The position numbers and the translations under genes were made by a program. 64,000 nt of DNA from the NCBI GenBank assembly GCA_008632985.1, contig QPGO01000042.1:62001-126000 (forward strand), given 5' to 3'. The notes beneath the pieces were generated by a model. It worked only from the letters and a program-made list of their open reading frames with translations, was not told the origin of the DNA and did no database searches. Below are positions 60,560-64,000 of this stretch, one piece after another. The number at the start of each line of letters is the position of its first letter. Positions within the stretch are counted from its first letter, which is position 1. This DNA comes from Psammoneis japonica (lineage: Eukaryota).

Positions 60560-62519
60560 TTAGCCGCCTCCCCGACCCTTCATGTAAGAAACACCATTGC
60601 CAAGATTGCCAGACCTGCTACCCCCTTTTTGTGCATTTACTGCATCCATGGCATTCCCCATCATGTTACTCAGTGGCTTCTGACCGTCCATTCCTGGCAT
60701 CATGCCACTCTGATGAGCTGCCGGGTCCTGTGACCTAGGGTTAATCACAGTCTCGTCAATGGAAAGAATGACGCAAGATGCCTCAGTCGCCGCAGCTAGA
60801 GAATTACTCTTGTTATCACTCGGTTCCCACACACCGGCTTCAAAGGTGTCACAGATCCCACCGTTAGCAATGTCGACCCCGTACCACTTGCCGTTGTCAT
60901 CGTGAGAGTGCTTTCTACGGAGAGCCGAAAGAATGTCCGTTGCATCAAAACCGGCATTGTCACATAGCTGACGGGGCACAACCTCCAAAGCCTTGGCAAA
61001 TGCAGTAACAATGAGCTGCCCCTTTCCTTCGATAGTCAAGGCGTATTCTCGAAGGTACCGAGACACTTCCATCTCTACAGCCCCACCGCCAGCAACGACG
61101 GCGCGAGACTTGATGCACCGTTTCACAACCATGAGGGCGTCGTGAATGCTCCGTTCACTTTCGGCGATGAACTGTTCGCTGCCACCTCGGAGAACAATCG
61201 TGGAAGTGAGACTAGACGGGCACTCTGTAAATACATTGAATCGCTCGTCTCCCACTTGCTTCTCCTCGAACGATCCACAAGATCCCAGAACCCCGTCAAA
61301 AAGTCCATTCGTGGTAGTTTGGACACTGCCTCCTGTAGCTTTGGCGACCCGCTTCATGTCACCATCGTCGACTCGCCCGGCGCAAAACAGACCCCGATCC
61401 GCAAAGTACTGTGTTGCCAGATCACCGATGGGAAGCTTGCTCAGAACAATATTAGCTCCGCATGCCACGCATGCATCAAGCTTATCGTAAATGACTTGCC
61501 ACTCGGCATCAACAATACTTTGGTACTGCTCAGGATCTTCGATCCGCACTTCGGCGTTTTCTTTTTCACTCTTGAGCTCGAGTTCGACATTGAGCAAGAG
61601 AACCTTTGGGTTTACAAACTTCTTTGTCATTTGCTCAAAGCCCGCGTAGGAAAATGTCTTTTTGAAGGCAACACCCTTGACGAGAAAGGACTGCCTTACA
61701 TCTCCACCCGGAATCTGCTTGATCGCAATGAGACTCATCAAGTCATCCAGACTACCGGCTTCATCAAGGTCCTTGACGGCTTGTACAATCATGGGTGAGA
61801 ATAGATCTTGATGAGAGGCGATGAGCTTGGAGTTGAGTGCGGTGGAAGCACACTTGAGGAGCATATCGTCTTGCGCTCCATCCTTTCCATCAAAAGGAAC
61901 CGCTAGTTCTAAAACCTTTTCGACCGCCAACTTTCCTGCTGCTCGAACGTGTCTCATGATAACTTGCGGATGTACCCCTTCTTCTACAAACGGTTTTAGT
62001 TGCTTGAGCATCTCTCCTGCCAAAAGCACAACACTCGTGGTTCCGTCGCCCACTTCCGCGTCTTGACTCATGCTAATATCAACGAGTGTTTTGGCGGCAG
62101 GATGGGCGATCTCCAAAAGCTTCATGATTGTCGCCCCGTCATTGCTAATCGTCACCTGTCGTCCGTCAAAAACAAGCTTATCCATCCCACGAGGTCCCAG
62201 AGTGGTACGAACAGCATCAGCCACTGCTTGGCAGGCATTTATGTTGCTTACCAACTGCGCTTTACCCTGAGAAAGGAGTTTCAGAGCGACGCAAGAACAA
62301 AAACACCGACATGAGTTGTGAGAATGATCCAGAAAGATTTCAGTACTAAGCGACGTAGAAATCTACGTAAGACACGGCGCACCCAAGCGACGAGGGACGT
62401 GGGTGTAGTCTCCAACGATGACTTCATTTTCCTTTCTTGCAGCGAACGGATCTCACCTGAGAAGTATCGGTTCCTTCCCGAAGAAGGATGATACCGGGAC
62501 GCATTCCAAATTGATTCAT
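60560..62519 (-). CDS. CCT7: T-complex protein 1 subunit eta (CCT7)
   Basis: Exon 1 62519-62457 [21 protein letters not shown]; exon 2 from 62267 [12 protein letters not shown]...[10 protein letters not shown]...VGDGTTSV...[12 protein letters not shown]. Confidence 0.97.
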
Positions 62520-63014
62520 CGTGATCTTCCTCCCTGGCTTGTGCTCGCAACCGGTCGAGTTGCGGTGTGTGTTGATCACGAAAGTGAGATGATGAAAACT
62601 CAGTGAACTCTTCCGTCTGACAGACAGGCAGACAGACAGACGAGGAAATCTTTGCTTGTTTTGTCTCTCTGTCCGGATGAATCAGATTGGATATTCGGTG
62701 AACCAGCGATTCTGCGTAACATCGCACGTCGGAAGTCGGAAAACACTCTGGACTCGTCTTCGCATTCTGTGTGGCAATGACCGACACCATCATCGTGGTT
62801 GCGTCCACAGCTAGCACTGCAGCACCATATCTTGTTACTTAGTTCGAAAGTCCTGTTCCAGAGCGCCTACGAAAGGTTGTGTTGATAGGGATTGCTTTCA
62901 AAGCGCTTTCTGAAATTAGTCTAAGAAAAAGCCCGTAATTGTCGCCCTCGTTAGTTTTGCGAGCATTCTTCCTGATTTCTGCCGATTCAACACACACACA
63001 CACACACACAAATC

Positions 63015-64000
63015 ATGGACCCGGGCGCACCAGTGTTACCCAAGAAAAAGACGAGAGTGAAGAGGACACGTGCAACGAATCGATCAGAAAAGATCCTTCC
63101 GACCAGTGTGGTAATTTCTGCCGGGTCGGGGAACCAGAATGCCGTCGAGTTGGGTCTGTTGCTTTCGATTGCGGTCGTTGCTCTGTACGTCTTTGGGTTT
63201 ACTCAAGCAATTCGATCCTTGCCAGACATCACGACTCCCATCAATTGGGCGAATCATATGGGCGCCAATCTCAACTTAGCAAAGGACGAATGGAATTCTC
63301 AAGGACGTTCGGCAGTTGCAACTACGCACAATGACAACATTCCAGAGTCCAAGTGGTTGGTGTCGATTCGGGACGAGAAGAACAATTATGAAACCATTAT
63401 TCATCCAGGAGATAACAAGACGCCCATGTCCGTCCCAAAATTCTGGTCTCGGCCTGTACACAACAACGGACTCATGAGTCGCGAAACTGCCATGAAGATT
63501 GGAAGCTGTATCCAACCTGACGAGAACGGAAGTCAATCTCGCGGAGACAAGTGCCCAAAGCACCAACGTACCATTTATGTTGGAATCGCATCGTATCGTG
63601 ATTTTCAGTGCAGACAAACGGTGGAAAGCATTTTTACTCGCGCCAAGTACCCTGAACGAGTTCGTGTGGGTGTAGTAGATCAGATTGTTTCTGGAGAGGA
63701 TCCAGTTTGTAACGAGCCCATTCAACCGTGCGATAAGAACCCCGAACAAGCCTTGTGCAAATACAAGGACCAGGTGGATGTGTATCAGATGGAAGCGCAG
63801 TTGTCAGTCGGACCAGTCTTTGCACGTCATATTGGCTACAGACTCTACCGCGGGGAGTATTATGCCACTCAGAGTGATGCTCATGTCACGTACACTACCG
63901 ATTGGGATGTTGACATTATCGATCAGTTGGAGCGAACTGGGAACGAAATGGCTGTCCTTACAACATATTTGAGGTAACTTTTTATCAGTGTTGGAGTTGC
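63015..64000 (+). CDS. GT60-family GlcNAc transferase (Gnt1-like), type II membrane form, partial
   Basis: TM helix, then TIYVGIASYRD, RVGVVDQ, GPVFARH, LYRGEYYATQSDAH..WD, AVLTTYL; continues past an intron donor at ~63974. Confidence 0.85.

Overview
Eukaryotic, gene-dense window with short GT-AG introns, most likely from a diatom. Support for this: ASAF-type bipartite plastid presequences, a heterokont-type GH161 phosphorylase and a CoDi-like Ty1/copia relic. It holds 22 recognisable genes: bystin, RPSA, acyl-CoA synthetase, a sulfotransferase-like gene, NDUFS4, TAF12, H2A.Z, GH161, ACL4, a TRF4-like nucleotidyltransferase, PUF6, GT25-like, an LSMT-like SET gene, TMEM42-like, PhyH, ADAT1, HspBP1, GEX1/KAR5, organellar SerRS, RNase HI, CCT7 and GT60, plus two of unknown function. 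Three gene-free blocks (~25.3-35.3, ~37.2-42.6 and ~45.1-47.3 kb) interrupt them. The most striking signal is compositional. The three blocks have lost almost all CpG AND almost all TpA, both apparently converted to TpG/CpA. The decayed copia pol shows the direction codon by codon (YVDD->HMDE, LRYKL->LQHKL, FAYL->FACL). 5mC deamination explains the CpG loss but not the TpA loss, so this is a candidate repeat-targeted, RIP-like A:T->G:C hypermutation process. Short intergenic tracts show the mirror image (TpA-rich, TpG/CpA-poor). Many housekeeping genes carry single-base frameshifts, which suggests an unpolished assembly, so sequence-level claims need read validation. All counts are manual and approximate, and all family calls come from recalled motifs, not database searches.
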